From Octopus sinensis (lineage: Eukaryota), in the NCBI RefSeq assembly GCF_006345805.1, contig NC_042999.1, forward strand, positions 109,120,001 through 109,184,000: a DNA stretch of 64,000 bases. Direction: 5' to 3'. Each line of letters starts with the position of its first letter. Position 1 is the stretch's first letter. Positions 13,720 through 27,050 of the stretch are shown in pieces. A model generated the notes under the pieces. The model was not told the DNA's origin. It did no database searches and saw nothing but the letters and a program-made list of their open reading frames with translations. Position numbers and translations under genes: made by a program.

Positions 13720-14490
13720 ATATGCTAAAAGTCTTTCTTGCAATCTGACTTGGACATAATGCAACGATGGATTGCTGATTGGCAATTGAAGCTGGCTGTA
13801 TACAAGTACATCATTATACAGTTTGGAAAGAAACTCTCAGAATTTATCAATGTCCTTTTACAACTTTAAAACTTTAAAAAGCCTGTGGATGAATGTGACC
13901 TAGGTATTATTGTCAACTATGGTTAGTGCTGGATTAACCCCATTTCTGAAATCATCAAAAGCCTGAAGGTGTTTAATGCCACTCAGAAGGTGTTTAATAC
14001 CGCTTTGTTTTCTGTTGCCAACTATCAATTTAAAGCTGTATATGGAGCTATGGTGTATCCATACTTACAGTTTGCATCTCCAGTCAGGAATCTGCATCTT
14101 GTCCAAAATACTGATTGAGGTGATGGTGTGTAGAGATGTTCAACTAGATGAATATCCCTATCTGTCAATTACCATATTTTGAATGTATTGTGTCTTTGTG
14201 TATCAACACACTAAATTTTTTACATCTAATAGCTGACTTCGTAGAAGCCAACAAAATTATCTACCATCTTTTCAATGACAACTTTAGTCACCTTTTGAAT
14301 TCAATTTCTCTACCACTTATAGACATGCTTATAAAATCAAAAGGCAGCACAATACCCATTCAGAACCTTTTCAGAAACACATCTTTTTACACTCAGAATT
14401 GTCAAAGGACAAAATAAACTACTCGCATCAGTTGTCTGTTGTTAGGACATGACATTCTTCAGCAATTCCATGCTTGAGAATGAAATGTAG
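13720..14490 (+). mobile_element. Ancient CR1/L2-type LINE RT 3' relic
   Basis: Broken frames give LQSDLDIMQRWIADWQLKLAV, CDLGIIVNY, LYGAMVYPYLQFASPV and LIADFVEANKII. Confidence 0.7.
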
Positions 14491-14504
14491 TGCAAGGGTT
14501 AGAG

Positions 14505-14687
14505 CAGTGATTCCCAAGGTGGGGCCTGAGAAAATTCAGGTGGGGCGCGGGGCATAGACGTGGGCTGTGAAAATATTTGTACATGACGAGCGGACATGTA
14601 AATGTGAGTGGACATGGGAAAAGGTGGGGCGTAAAAACTTTTGCTATGAAAAAGTGGGGCGCCGGGAAAAAAGGTTGGGAAACACTG
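14505..14687. mobile_element. hAT (Charlie-like) MITE, 183 bp
   Basis: TIRs CAGTGATTCCCAA...TTGGGAAACACTG. Perfect 8-bp TSD GGTTAGAG at 14497-14504 and 14688-14695. Confidence 0.92.
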
Positions 14688-15039
14688 GGTTAGAGTATGT
14701 TTCAAAGACATATTTCCATAAGTACAATGTTCATACCTTATAAGATTCTGTCTGCTATTAGAATTTTTTGTTGCTATTTAGCTCTTAATCAGCCCTGATC
14801 AAGTAAGCCTATGGTTAGATGTCTTGATTTTTTTCATTTTTTTTATGAATGTATTAGTGGACTGCATTACCTAATATACTCTTCTTTCTTTAGGAGAGTG
14901 ATATCTAATTTAAGGACTCATTGGTTGCTGTTCCTAGCTGGTTGAGCAACACTATAAAAGTTGTTTCATTGATTGATCATTAGAATATGTGGAGACTAGT
15001 AGCGACCTCTATCAGCAAAAATCATTTCAATAATACTGA

Positions 15040-15490
15040 TTTCAAATTTTGGCACAAGACCAGCAATTTCTGGGAAGTGGGTGAGTCGATTACATTGATC
15101 TCAGTGCTTGGCTGGTACTTATTTTATAAAGGCAAAGTCAACCTCGGTGGAATTTGAATGCAGAATGTGAAAATGGATGAAATACCACTAAACATTTTGC
15201 CCAGCATGTTAACAATTGTGCCAGCTTGCCTGCTTGCCACCTTTAACCATTAGCTATTTCAATAATATTGTTTTCTACTCTAGGCACAAGGCCCAAAATT
15301 TTGGGAAAGGAAGCCAGTCGATTAGATTGACCCCAGTTTGCAACTGGTACTTAATTTATTGACCCCCAAAAGGATGAAAGGCAAAGTCGACCTCGGCAGA
15401 ATTTGATATCAGAATGTAAAGACAGATGAAATACTGCTAAGCATTTTGCCTGGTGTGCTAATGTTTCTGCCATCTCGCCGCCTTAACCAT
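15040..15490 (-). mobile_element. Two tandem copies of SINE family 2
   Basis: Both contain ctggtacttaatttattgacccc-aaaggatgaaaggcaaagtcgacctcggc, the reverse complement of the copy at 54093. Confidence 0.8.
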
Positions 15491-16088
15491 TTCAATAATA
15501 TTGAAAAACAGATAGTATTCATGTGCTGTAATAAGAGAATTCTTCTGGTTATTATGTTCCATAGAGATGTAAATTGAAATGTTTTCAAAATAAGCCTTTA
15601 ATCTATAGTCTAAGGACTCATTTGATGAAGTTTTGCAGTTAAATTCATGACTTGTTACTTAGTGGAGATGTAATCAGTAAACCGTAAAAAAAGAACTTAA
15701 AAAATTCATATTTTGGATAATCAGCATTGAATGAAAAATGATTAATATGTTTAAAAAACAACAGCTACAGTTAAACTTTTGAATGATAGAAACATTTACT
15801 GCCATCAAATCATATGTGTTTCATATTAGCTCAAGCAAGATTTCTTTTCAAAATAAAGCTGATATTAATCCGATATATAAAGTTATGCATGTTTAAAATA
15901 ATCTTCTGTTTACTTTGATGATGGATGCAAAACAAAATTACCACAACTAACAATCTTCTTTGTAACTTATTTCATACAATAATTAAATTTAGCCCAAAAC
16001 AAAAGATTTGGAAAATTATTTCTGTTTTTATTATTTCAACATATTCTACTAAACAAAAAAATGTGTATTAAATATTTATATTTTTAAA

Positions 16089-17445
16089 CATTATTGGTCA
16101 CACATACATAGTATTTACATTTTGTTTATATGCCAAATTTACTGTGGGATAGCATCTGGGGAAAGCTCCTCAAACAGTGCTGAGTGTTAAAGAACACCTG
16201 AGTGTCACAAAGCAGGTGAGACAACTCACCTTAGAATTTTTGAGGATAGTAGATACTGATATTTCACCATTATTGTGGTTTATTAATACCATGTACTCAG
16301 ATTATCTTGAAAGGAAGTGAATTGCAGGTTTAGGACTAAACTACAAATAGAGTGAACTCTATTTGCTGATATTCTGCTGCACAGCATGTGAGAGAAAATG
16401 AAATTAGGAATCAAAAGCAGTTCTAGTTATGTGAGCATTATTGGTCGTGCATACATAGTGTGTGTGTTTTGATATACACCAAATTCTCAGTAATTCTGAG
16501 GCAGGTGGTCTCGCCTGGTCTGTGACATTTAAGTGTACTTTAAAACTCAGCATTGTGTGGAGAATTTCCTTGGATGATATTCTGCTGCAATTCTGGCTCA
16601 TAAGCAAAATACACACACTATGCATGTGTCACTTAAAATGTCACCTGGTTTGTGACACTCAGGTGTTCTTTAATACTCAGAACTGTTTGAGGAGCTTTCC
16701 CCAGATGCTATCCCACAGCAAATTTAGCATATAAACAAAGCATAAATACTATGTATGTGTGACCGATAATGTCACTAGAGCTACTTTTTATTTGTAATTT
16801 AGTTTGCTTTCACATATGCTATGCTGCAGTACATCAGCAAATAGACTTCACTCTATTTACATATAAGTCATAGACCAGTCAATTCACTTCATTTCAAGAT
16901 GGTCTGAGTACATGGTATTGATCAGCTACAATAATAGTAAAACCATTCATGGTAATTCCAAGATAAGGTGTCTTGTCTGGTCTATGACATTCAGATATTC
17001 TTTAACACAGCATTGTGTGGAGAAGTTTTCCTGGATGCTATTCCACTGCAAATCTGGCATATAAACTAAACACATACACTATGTATGTGTGACTGACATG
17101 GGATGTACCACAGCACATCAGCAAATATACTTCACTCTATTTGCAGTGTAGTCCTTCACCAGTAATTCACTTTCTTTTTGAGATGATCCAAGTACATGGT
17201 ATTGATAAACTACAATAATAGTAAAATTTTGATATGTCACAATTCACGGTGATTCTGAAATGAGTTGTCTTGTTTGGTCTGTGACATTCAGCTGTTCTTT
17301 AACACTCAGCATTGTTTGGGGAAATTTCCCTTGATGCTAACCCACTGCAAATTTGGTACATAAACAAAACAAATGCTCTACATATGTGTGACCGACAAAT
17401 GCTTGCATTATTAGAGCTATTTTTCATTTGTAATTCAATTTTTAT
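16089..17445. repeat. Diverged ~300-350-bp repeat array: one inverted unit followed by about four direct units
   Basis: Core ctggtctgtgacattcag-tgttctttaacactcagcattgt-tggagaa-tttcc-tggatgcta...cactatgtatgtgtgac at ~16515, 16645, 16975 and 17272; its reverse complement lies at 16089-16470. Confidence 0.85.
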
Positions 17446-17743
17446 TTCTATAGTTGAAAAAAATATGCCATTTGATGGTCTTACAGTGAGTATTCAGCTA
17501 TGAATATTAGTTCTGTATATGTTATAACATGTTATATTTCCGTTTTAATTAAAAAAGAATTCCATGGCTACGCTTGCATCAAATCTTTATGTGCATATGT
17601 ATAATATGTGGAGGTGGTGCGGTGTTGATGAAGACCGCCTAAGGATCTTCTGCTTCAATTCAGTCTGCTGTAGCACACATATACACACACAGACACGGAG
17701 ACACACACTGTCTCCTTTCTCAATATAGGTATGCATATATACA

Positions 17744-17807
<64 letters not shown>

Positions 17808-18639
17808 AGTGCATGTGTGAATGTGTGTGTATATGTATATATATAATATATAATATACAAACATATATTTATATAAATTTATATGATATACATATATATA
17901 TGAATATATATGTGCGTGTGTGTGTTAGTGTGTGTGTACTTGTGAATATGTTAATAATTTACATTTATGTACATATGCTTGTAATTTTAAGCATGCACAC
18001 ACACATACACACACACATCCAATTAATTTTAGGGTGCTATCATCTCACAATAATAAGAAGTGATTAATGCATACAAGAACTTGCAAGAGCTAATTTCATT
18101 TGACACTCTTCCTATAAGAAAACATATTACTGACTATGATGAGTAAGAAGACAATTATAATGATGATTTTTTTTTATATATTATACAGATATTTTATATG
18201 ATTAAAATGTTTTGCTTTAAAGTTGTATATTTTTCTAAATCCAGTATAACAAGTAATTTGTTTAAATGGTATTACTCTGAGATTATAAAAATTCTACTAT
18301 CAAAGTTTCTGGAGAAATTTCAGAAAATTTATAGCTGAGGAAGTCTTGGATTTTTTTTATTATGCATAAACTAAAAAACAACAGCAATATTTTAATCTAA
18401 CTTTTCTATTTGAATTCATTTACTGTTGGCATGTTGAGTAATTATTATTTTTACATGTGCATATATTGAAGTGGTATATACTAATTAAAAGCAGAAATCT
18501 TTACTAACCAAAGTATTTAAACAGGATATAAACAAAATTTTGAATAGCATACAAACCATGATTTTAAACAGAATATAGATATATGGATATTTGTTGGCTT
18601 AAAATTTTGACTTACAATTTTGATGCAATAAGTTATATT

Positions 18640-19200
18640 GTGCAAATTCCTAATTTTGAGTAACAAGGAATCAGTATCTATCTGTGCTATTCATAATAGT
18701 TCTTGTCTGATTATTCCTGCTTTTGATTATTTCTATTTATTTAAAATGTCTAGTATTCTGGTTTTGAGTGAGTGTGGCAGGAATCCCACAACTTTTACAA
18801 GCTCTGAGATCTCAATAATAAGTACCTCCCAATTCTCTTCTTACACATTGTGTGAAGCTGCTTATCAAATGATGCTCTGTATTATAATGTATACAATATT
18901 TATCTTTTAGTCTTTCTAGACACCATTCACTTTTTCAAGATTTTGGACATGAAAAATTAGCAAACAAAAGCCATTTGTCAGTTTATAACCATCTATTTGA
19001 ACTTCAAGAGCTATTATCAACAGAAAAAATGCTAAATACAGAGTTCTGATAGACCCTCATCTGTTACAAAATTCTTACCTGTTTATTAGTTATCCAGTCT
19101 CTTGCTTTTGTCTCAACTTTTCCCATAAACTCAGTGTCCATACCCTACAAACTTACTTTCCATGAGAATATAGAAACTGGAATTCTGTCATAATTTGACA
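18640..19200 (-). mobile_element. Highly decayed RTE-like RT relic
   Basis: Minus frame MRVYQNSVFSIFLLIIALE resembles the RTE RT motif VGVHQGSVLSPLLFIIVLE. Confidence 0.45.
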
Positions 19201-19699
19201 AAAGTAAAATACATATATGAATTGATATTCATACATAATTGATCTTACTGTAAAATTTTGCCCCTGAGATCATTTTTAGCAGCTTGGCATAAGGATCAAA
19301 CTCACTAGCTTCTATTGATATTTAACTATTCATCAGTCTTTGCTTGCCTCTTCTTTCCAAACTGACAATAATAATAGTAAAAAACTACTTACTGAAATGT
19401 AAACAAATATGAACTGAGGCACAAACTTGTTTGCATAATGGTGCTTGATTGTGAGTTATACAGTAATATCTAGAGCACTTGTTACAGTGTGGGCTGTGAA
19501 TATATAAATATGTGGGCTGTTTCCATTTGCATTTAGTCTCAAGCTTGGCTTATGATACTCTTGTTATTTCACACTAGTATTTCTTTCAGCTCGTCACATT
19601 CTGAATTCAAATTTTGCCATGCTCACTGTCAATCTAACATACTTCCAGAATTGATAAAGTAAAGTACCAGTCAAGTACTAAAGCTAATATAATTAACCG

Positions 19700-20540
19700 A
19701 TATTCCCCTAGTTTTTGGCATTGTGTCTGTATCAGAAACAGTTATTTAATATTAGGAATATAGAGTTATTAGTTTTATTCACTCATGCAAACACAGACTA
19801 TATCAAATCCAACCTTTGTTGCATTTGCATCACCATATTTATTTTGGTTCTTTTCAATACTCAAGTATGCAATATGCAAGTATTATTGGAGTTGGCAACT
19901 TTCTCTTAAATGTAGCAAAACAAACTAATGAAAATTATAAAATCTATCCATTCTGATGATTTCAATATCTTAAGATTTCTTCTTGAGGTATTTCTAGCAT
20001 TAATTGTATAAGTGTTTATGTATAAATAAAGTTCAAAATGTGGAAATAAATCTTTTGCCTTAAGGAGAAGCCTGTAACAAGCTTCAAAACATCTGACACT
20101 CAAAGATTTCAAAGGGAAAATAACTTGCCTTCTTCAGGACATATGTAGAGAACATTCTTCTCCATGGAGTTGGAATTTGGTAATGAAGAAGGAGCTTCAA
20201 GTTTGCCTTTGACTGGGTTTTTCATGTGGGCTCAAAAATATGAGCATAAGACAAAAGAGGTGGTTTATGGACACGTTCCAACCATCTTTGTTGTCATTGC
20301 TTACTGCAGAGTAGACTTTGCTCACTACTGCTGTCATGCTGGAGAACAGGCTATATCAGATGTTATAGTTTGCAGATTTCTACACCCTAATGGAGGAAGA
20401 CCATTGATCTGCATTGATGTCATTGGCAGAGACACACAACATCAAATGGAAGATCTACCAAAGCTAATGGGAGACAGAGATACTTGGCACAGCATTGTGA
20501 GATGCTCCTTGATTGTGACTGCTTGCTGAAGAATATACTG
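19700..20540 (+). mobile_element. RTE-clade LINE 3' end relic
   Basis: EACNKLQNI*HSKISKGK*LAFFRTYVENILLHGVGIW, then RVDFAHYCCHAGEQAISDVIV...GGRPL...LPKLMGDRDTWHSIVR. These follow the RTE C-terminal motifs ESILLYGSETW, RLRFAGHC and RGRP...DR..W. Confidence 0.85.
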
Positions 20541-20781
20541 GTTGACCAAAAGTCACTCGACAGTAAATCAAAATTCTATAGATACTTAATATTCAATTTT
20601 ATTTATTCATTCCAATTATGAATGTTTAATAATTGAATGCTGTGAGTTAAAATCACTATTTCTTTTCAACATTTGTCTATTTATTAGCAAAGTCTCATAT
20701 AAAATAATTTTTTGTTTTAGTCTTTGAATTAAATGGTTTTGATTTACTGTCAGGTGACTTTGGGCCTATCCTGTATGAATG

Positions 20782-20822
<41 letters not shown>

Positions 20823-20859
20823 TCTTCTGCATTTAAACATTTAAAAATATACAAATACA

Positions 20860-21120
20860 CACTGTGGGGAATGAGGGAAGAATAAAAAAGTTAAGAGTGG
20901 AACTCCTAAATAAATAACCACCAATGATTCCATAGAGCTCAACAGAAATTTTCAATGAGCCTATGAAGGAGCCTCTCCAGGTAATTGAAATTGCTGGAAA
21001 TAGTATCCAAATCTCTCTCAAATCAAATCCTATCTTACAAAGAGACATGTTAGATGATGTGGTTCTATCTTTACATTTGATAATACATGGTAAAACATCA
21101 CTAAACTGGATTACAAGTGT
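20860..21120 (+). mobile_element. Possible Penelope-like RT relic
   Basis: NEPMKEPLQVIEIAG...KSNPILQRDMLDDVV loosely parallels PLE RT motifs G.PMGSP.S...A and ..RYVDD.F. Confidence 0.3.
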
Positions 21121-22199
21121 ATAGAAATGAGCTATTAATTTGGCAAGTTTTCAAAATAAACTATCAGCTTCATTTATATTACTTAAATCTGGGTATTTTA
21201 TGAGCCACATTTTTAGTATTAGTTGGATACAAATGTTTTTAGGCTATGAAATCCTTTGTTTTTTTTTTAACAATTATTTAATTTTTTTGAAGGTATTTTC
21301 TGAATTTTTGATGCTATGCAAAATATGTTGGAATTGATTATAAATAAATTATATTCTATTTTGAAATGATATGTTAAAACTATATCCAAATAAAATAAAT
21401 CTCATGTTTTACTGCTGAAATTTAAAAATGCATACGTAGAAAGTAAGATTCCAAATTTTGAGCATAATATTTTTTTCTTTTTCCTGTTTTCTTTATTCTG
21501 AATTATTAAATTTTCAACACTTTCATAAAATAGAAGAGAAAGAGAGAAAGAAAATTACAATTGCTTTCCGATTTCATTGTTAGTCGATTATTTAGAAAGC
21601 TACATTTAAAAAGTATGAAGTAATTTTGCCACAAAAATTGTAATAATGACTATTATATAGTTATAAATACACAATAAAGACAAAATTAAAGAAAAATTAA
21701 TTCCATGGAAATATTGTTTTTATGACCTCAGTTATGTTTTTAATTTTCTTTAGATGTTGGGATCATTGTTTGAAATAAAATGATTAAAGCTCTTTGAAGA
21801 ATGAATTTCATGAAAATTTATACAGTAGGTAGAATTGCATACTGGATGTCAATTGAAACTGTTTTTATTTCCCCTTATGTTTTCAATTATTACTTAATGA
21901 TTTTCATTCCTCCTTTAATGTATTCTTTGAAAATATATTCTTAAATATTATAAATACTAATTTAAACAGCTGTGTAATTGCTTGTAAAGGAATAGCATAT
22001 AATGGTTTTATTTCAAATTAACTTTTTTTTTTAATTAAAAGTTTTTCTTAGCCGATTTTAGAGCAGATAAAATCTTTTTAATGGAAATTGCTATGTGTTC
22101 ATTAAGTAGGAGTTATAGCATAGAATTCAATATAAAACTGGCTTTTCAGTATTTTATAAAATGGTTGTTATACACTGAGATTAACATATCTTATTACAT

Positions 22200-22760
22200 C
22201 TCATCCCCTCTTCTTTGCTCACATATTCCTGAGAGCGTTGTGGAGTAAAGTCCTCAAGCATACCTTTCATGGGTCCTGTCTGAAGTATCTGTCTCTGACT
22301 GATCTGGCAATTGAGCTCATGGCTATTATCCAACCATCATGCTTGTAGTCTATCCATGGGTCTCCTGCTGGTTGGTTTTGCCCATAAAACCTGTCCAGCA
22401 ATTCTTTCTCGAGACATTCTTACCACATGTCTATAGTATCAAAGCTCTGATCTCTCAATCTGGAGAAACAGTAGTTCTACCTAAGTACTTCTCTAATTAC
22501 ATACTCTATCAAATAACATTACTCTAAAGACTCTTTGGAGGAACTCCATTTTGGTCACTTGTATTTGTGATTGTCTTCTTTTGGTCATTACCCAAGATTC
22601 ATGACCATAAGTAAGGGTAAGTGCAAACACTGAACTGAGGGTAACAAGCTTGGGTTTTACACCTACCTTCCTTCCTCTAATAACTGAATGTTAAGGCTGA
22701 ATTAAGTGCAAGAATTGCAGGACCTGGTGCAATAAAGTGCCAGCTCCAGATTAACACATT
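22200..22760 (-). mobile_element. RTE-clade LINE 3' fragment
   Basis: Minus strand reads LTYGHESWVMTKRRQSQIQVTKMEFLQRV, followed by RTE-type tail motifs. Confidence 0.8.
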
Positions 22761-24892
22761 TCTTGGAAATTCTCATTCAAGAGATCCTGCTATAAATTTT
22801 CCACAAGTTACATTGTGTTTCTCATAGGTTATTGGTCAAAGTTTTTTTTTGTTTTCTCTTCAATGTGACTCAAAATAGAAATGGATTTTATATGATAACC
22901 AAATTTGTTATTGAAATTTTTATTGCCCAGTTTATTCTCTAAAACATTATAACTGCTAAAATTTCTTAAAGGAAATTAAATTTTAAATGTTTACTTATAG
23001 TCTTCAATTTTTTAATGATCAAAATATAAGCAACACTATGAGATTTTCTAACTCTAAAATTAAACAATAAATCCATACTGAAGAGAAAAATGGGAAATAA
23101 TTCTAATGCAATCATCAGTATTATATTACCTTTATTATTCTGTATAATTGAAAGTTAGAAATGAAGTCTTTTTTTATAATTTTCAAGTAATGTCTTGCAC
23201 CCACTCTCATCATCATCATCCTTTATTTTTCATTCACTTTTTTATGTCTGCATAAGCCAAGCAAAATTTTCTATGACCATGTGCTCTTCCTCACCCAATC
23301 TTCTATTTTATAGGGAGGTAATGTTTTCTCATTGTCAGACTTATTTTTACAGGAGACTCTATATAAAATACTCTGCTTGTATGATGGTGACTCTCATTTA
23401 TAACTATCCTGTGATGTTAAGATAACAGGACACAAACACACATACACACATCACATAAGTTTCTCTCTGTCATATCCACTCATAAGGTGATAACTATAGC
23501 AAAAGACACTTGCTTAAGATGCCAAAAAAATGTTATGTTTTAAATGATCAAACTTCAGATAAAATCCCATTGAAGATATGATGATTACTTGTAGAAATGC
23601 TAAGGAAATGGTTATTTTCTTCAGATACTTCCTTGTTTTAGGTCTTGGCAGCTAATGAACAATCATAATAACCAATCTAATCCATGGAAAACATAGACAA
23701 CAAACCTGATGGATATTAAAGATATTGTTATGATGATGAAACCTTTCAAAAGCTCAAAGTATTTGCTGATCTTTTAACTATTAGTATCAACTATGTGTAT
23801 TACTTTTTAACAGTTAATAACAGAAAAAGCAACTTTGAATTTTTTCTTTTCCATAATTAATGGTATTATTGTCACATAAAGAAGATACAATTAAATTGAT
23901 CAATAAGCTGAACAAAATTTATAGGTCTTCCCTCCTTATCTTATAAGAAATATATTGGAAATATTCATAACAGAGATTAAAAAATAGCATACTCATGAAT
24001 AAAAATAATAATAATAAAATGCAGTAAGCTATTTGTAATCATTTAATGGCTGTAAAGTCAAATAATGCTTGTAAATAGCTAGATGAAGAAATTAAAGAAA
24101 AATGAAACATTGTAAGAATCATAAATTCCTTTGAGCATTTATGAATTCAATATAAAGTGATCTATTTGGATTGTATTAATTAATTGTTTTTTCTAAATTT
24201 CTAAAATAAGTAAATATACTTTTCAAAACTTTGAATATTTTATTTTTTTAAATATCATCTAAATGTATTTTCTTTCTTATTTCATAAATGGTTTTAATGA
24301 AGATTTAACATATTGTAATAATATATAAAAAGTATTAATGACCATAGATAGATGACATAAAACAACAAAGAGTGAAATGAACAATTTATTTTGAATATAT
24401 TTGAATGAATTTAAAATTGAACTCGATACTTATGTACAACATCAAAAATTTATACAGACAATGATATTTGGAAAAACCATATACTAACTAATAATTATTT
24501 CCTTTGACCAGGTATTACCTCTAAAATATTTTCTGACTACAACATATCTCACTTTTTAAATGAATCTTCTTTTAGAATTGAAACAGAAAATATTTTCTTT
24601 CTATTCAGAAAATCTATTTTAGGGATGTAATATGGTTTAATTAGATAAACAATATAAGGAAAGTATAATTTAGAAAGAAAGCTAACATATTGTTAGCTTT
24701 AGAAAACAGAATACAACATTTAAAAAAAAGTAAATTGAATAAATAAGTTATAAATATAGTGTGCAGAAAGGCTAGCAATGAAAAATGTTTATTTTAAAGA
24801 AAGGTGAAAAAAAAAAAGAAAAAGTGGGAAGGAGATACATTTCTTATTGACTAAAACAAACAGTGCATTTTGTAAAATAAAAACAAAATAAA

Positions 24893-24908
24893 ATGGCAAC
24901 GAATGCAG
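24893..24908 (+). CDS. Candidate first coding exon (MATNA + phase 1)
   Basis: aaaATGGCAACGAATGCAG|gtaaga: A at -3, G at +4 and a near-consensus donor. Confidence 0.3.
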
Positions 24909-25334
24909 GTAAGAATAGATTACAACAACTATAAATGGGGTTAAAATCAGTCAATATTCTCTTTTTAGAAATTTCTATTGAATGAGAAAGTTTGGAGAAA
25001 CTATGTCAACAAAATATAAATACTAATGGCAAATTATTTTTGAAAAACTTTCTTAAGCTGATAAATACATTTTTCTTCTGTAGAAAGCTTGATATAAAAA
25101 TAAGTTTTAGCACAGTCAATTTAGTATTTTTATACTTAGACAGTAGTTTGGATTTGGAATATACAAATCAACAACATTTCATGACTGCTCTGTAGCACAC
25201 ATGAGTATAGTTAGAGATTAATTGCTATTTAGTTGAAGTAGTAATCTCTGGCTGATGGTACTAATCTTGAGAAAATTGCCATTAAGATTTTCATAACTAA
25301 TTTAAATGTATTGTATTAATTTATTTCATATATA

Positions 25335-25730
25335 GGCATAGGAGTGGCACTTACCAACCACATGGTTCTGGGTTTAGTCCCACTGTGTGGCACCTTGGGC
25401 AAGTGTCTTCTACTATAGCCTCGGGCCAACCAAAGCCTTGTGAGTGGATTTGGTAGATGGAAACTGAAAGAAGCCCGTCGTATATATGAATATATATATA
25501 TGTGTGTGTGTGTATGTAGAGGCTCATGGCTTAGTGGTTATGGTGTCAGCATCATGATCATAAGATTGCAGGCGACGTGTTGTGTTCTTGAGCAAAACAC
25601 TTCATTTCATGTTGCTCCAGTCCACTCAGCTGGCAAAAATGAGTAATACTGTGATGGACTGGTGTCCCGTCCAGCTGAGGAACACATACGCCATAGAAAC
25701 CAGGAAACCGGGCCCATGAGCCTGGCTAGG

Positions 25731-25735
<5 letters not shown>
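25335..25735 (+). mobile_element. SINE family 1 head joined to a SINE family 3 copy
   Basis: Family 1 head ggcataggagtggc...gggtttagtccc, then cttgagcaaaacacttcatttcatgttgctccagtccactcagctgg; reverse-complement relatives occur near 12000, 39550 and 45500. Confidence 0.8.
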
Positions 25736-25795
<60 letters not shown>

Positions 25796-25883
25796 ATATA
25801 ATTATTTGAGGAAATATTAATCCAAACTTGCAGAGAAAAAAAAAATCAATTTAGAAATACTAAATCAAATTTCACACAATATA

Positions 25884-25914
<31 letters not shown>

Positions 25915-25999
25915 ATATGTATACACATGCATATATATCCTGTTTTCTTCATTGATAGGGTTCAAACAATGTTGTTTTTGTTACTCAGTTCATGAGATG

Positions 26000-27050
26000 A
26001 CTAGAGTATCATATTTTCTGTTGTAGAGTTCATGCTAGGTTCGTGCAAATCCATTTTGGTTTTGTCCAATATGACACACTCAGCCAATTTCATTGATCTC
26101 TTGCTTGTTCTCCAACTCTTAAGATCAAATGTGTATGAATGTGATTGTGAACCTTACTTCTTAATCACATAGAAATAATCCTCTTGTTCCTGAAGAAATA
26201 ATATCTTGTGAAAATATTTATTGATGTGTGAGACTGGCTTTTTAGCTGTGTTCTCTCACCTAATGTGTTGGTCTTGATATGTTTTCAGTACACGAAGACA
26301 GAGAATCCAAAATATTCTTAGTTGTGATAATTTCACTTTTATTATTGGAAAGTGCTGAATGCTGCATTTTCAATTTATCAAATAATGTAATAACTAAAAA
26401 TTTTGAATACATTGACAAAAGGTTATACCATGAAAGGCTTGATGATAATGTTAAACATTTGTTGTGTTTGATGGTGGAGTCAAATATTTGCTGTGCATGT
26501 TAGAGTTAAATATTAGCTGTGCTTGATGGTAGAATGAAATATTTGTTGTGCTTAGGTACTTTGAGGTCATTGCATCTTTTCTCTGGAGATGGTAACCAAG
26601 TTGAAATTTGTGCTTTTCATTTTACCAAGGAAGGGATTTGAATAGAGGATCTACCTTCTACTCTTGCCAGTTCTGGAGAAAATTTATTTGAAATCAATTA
26701 TGATTGAGATTAGGGCATAGCACCAGTGTAATTCTTTCAGTAATGTTTTCTATAGCTTGTTGAGCTGCACTCTTGAAACAAGTGAAAACTAAAAAAAGGT
26801 TACAGGCAGTTTGAATGTTAACATTTACTCAATATCTTTTAAATTCAAAATTAGCGTCATCAAAATACCTCCAGTTACCTTCATTTGTGAGTGAGGGCAG
26901 CTGATAGACAAAGTTCCATCAAAAACCAATCACATTTATTTTCCTTAAAGTTCCTCGGTTATATATCTAGTATCTATGCTTAACTCTGATCCCAATAGAT
27001 GCTAGCAATTTACATGAAACTCTTCAAACATGATGGCTCAGCTAATCAAA
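26000..27050 (-). mobile_element. Possible very old Penelope-like relic
   Basis: Minus-strand WRYFDD (PLE-type RT motif) and a downstream VREH resembling the GIY-YIG R..EH motif; many stops. Confidence 0.3.

Noticed and set aside
16089-17445. Repeat array as CRISPR or tandem exons
   Set aside because: Eukaryotic context, long diverged units without unique spacers, and frame-breaking indels.
18911-19048. Plus-strand open frame HHSLFQDFGHEKLANKSHL...
   Set aside because: Lies antisense to a decayed RTE-like RT; an open frame there is probably incidental.
20164-20529. 121-aa ORF as a host gene
   Set aside because: Matches RTE LINE C-terminal motifs.
20940-21123. Open frame EIFNEPMKEPLQVIEIAG... 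as an exon
   Set aside because: Better explained as a Penelope-like RT relic; splice context is weak.
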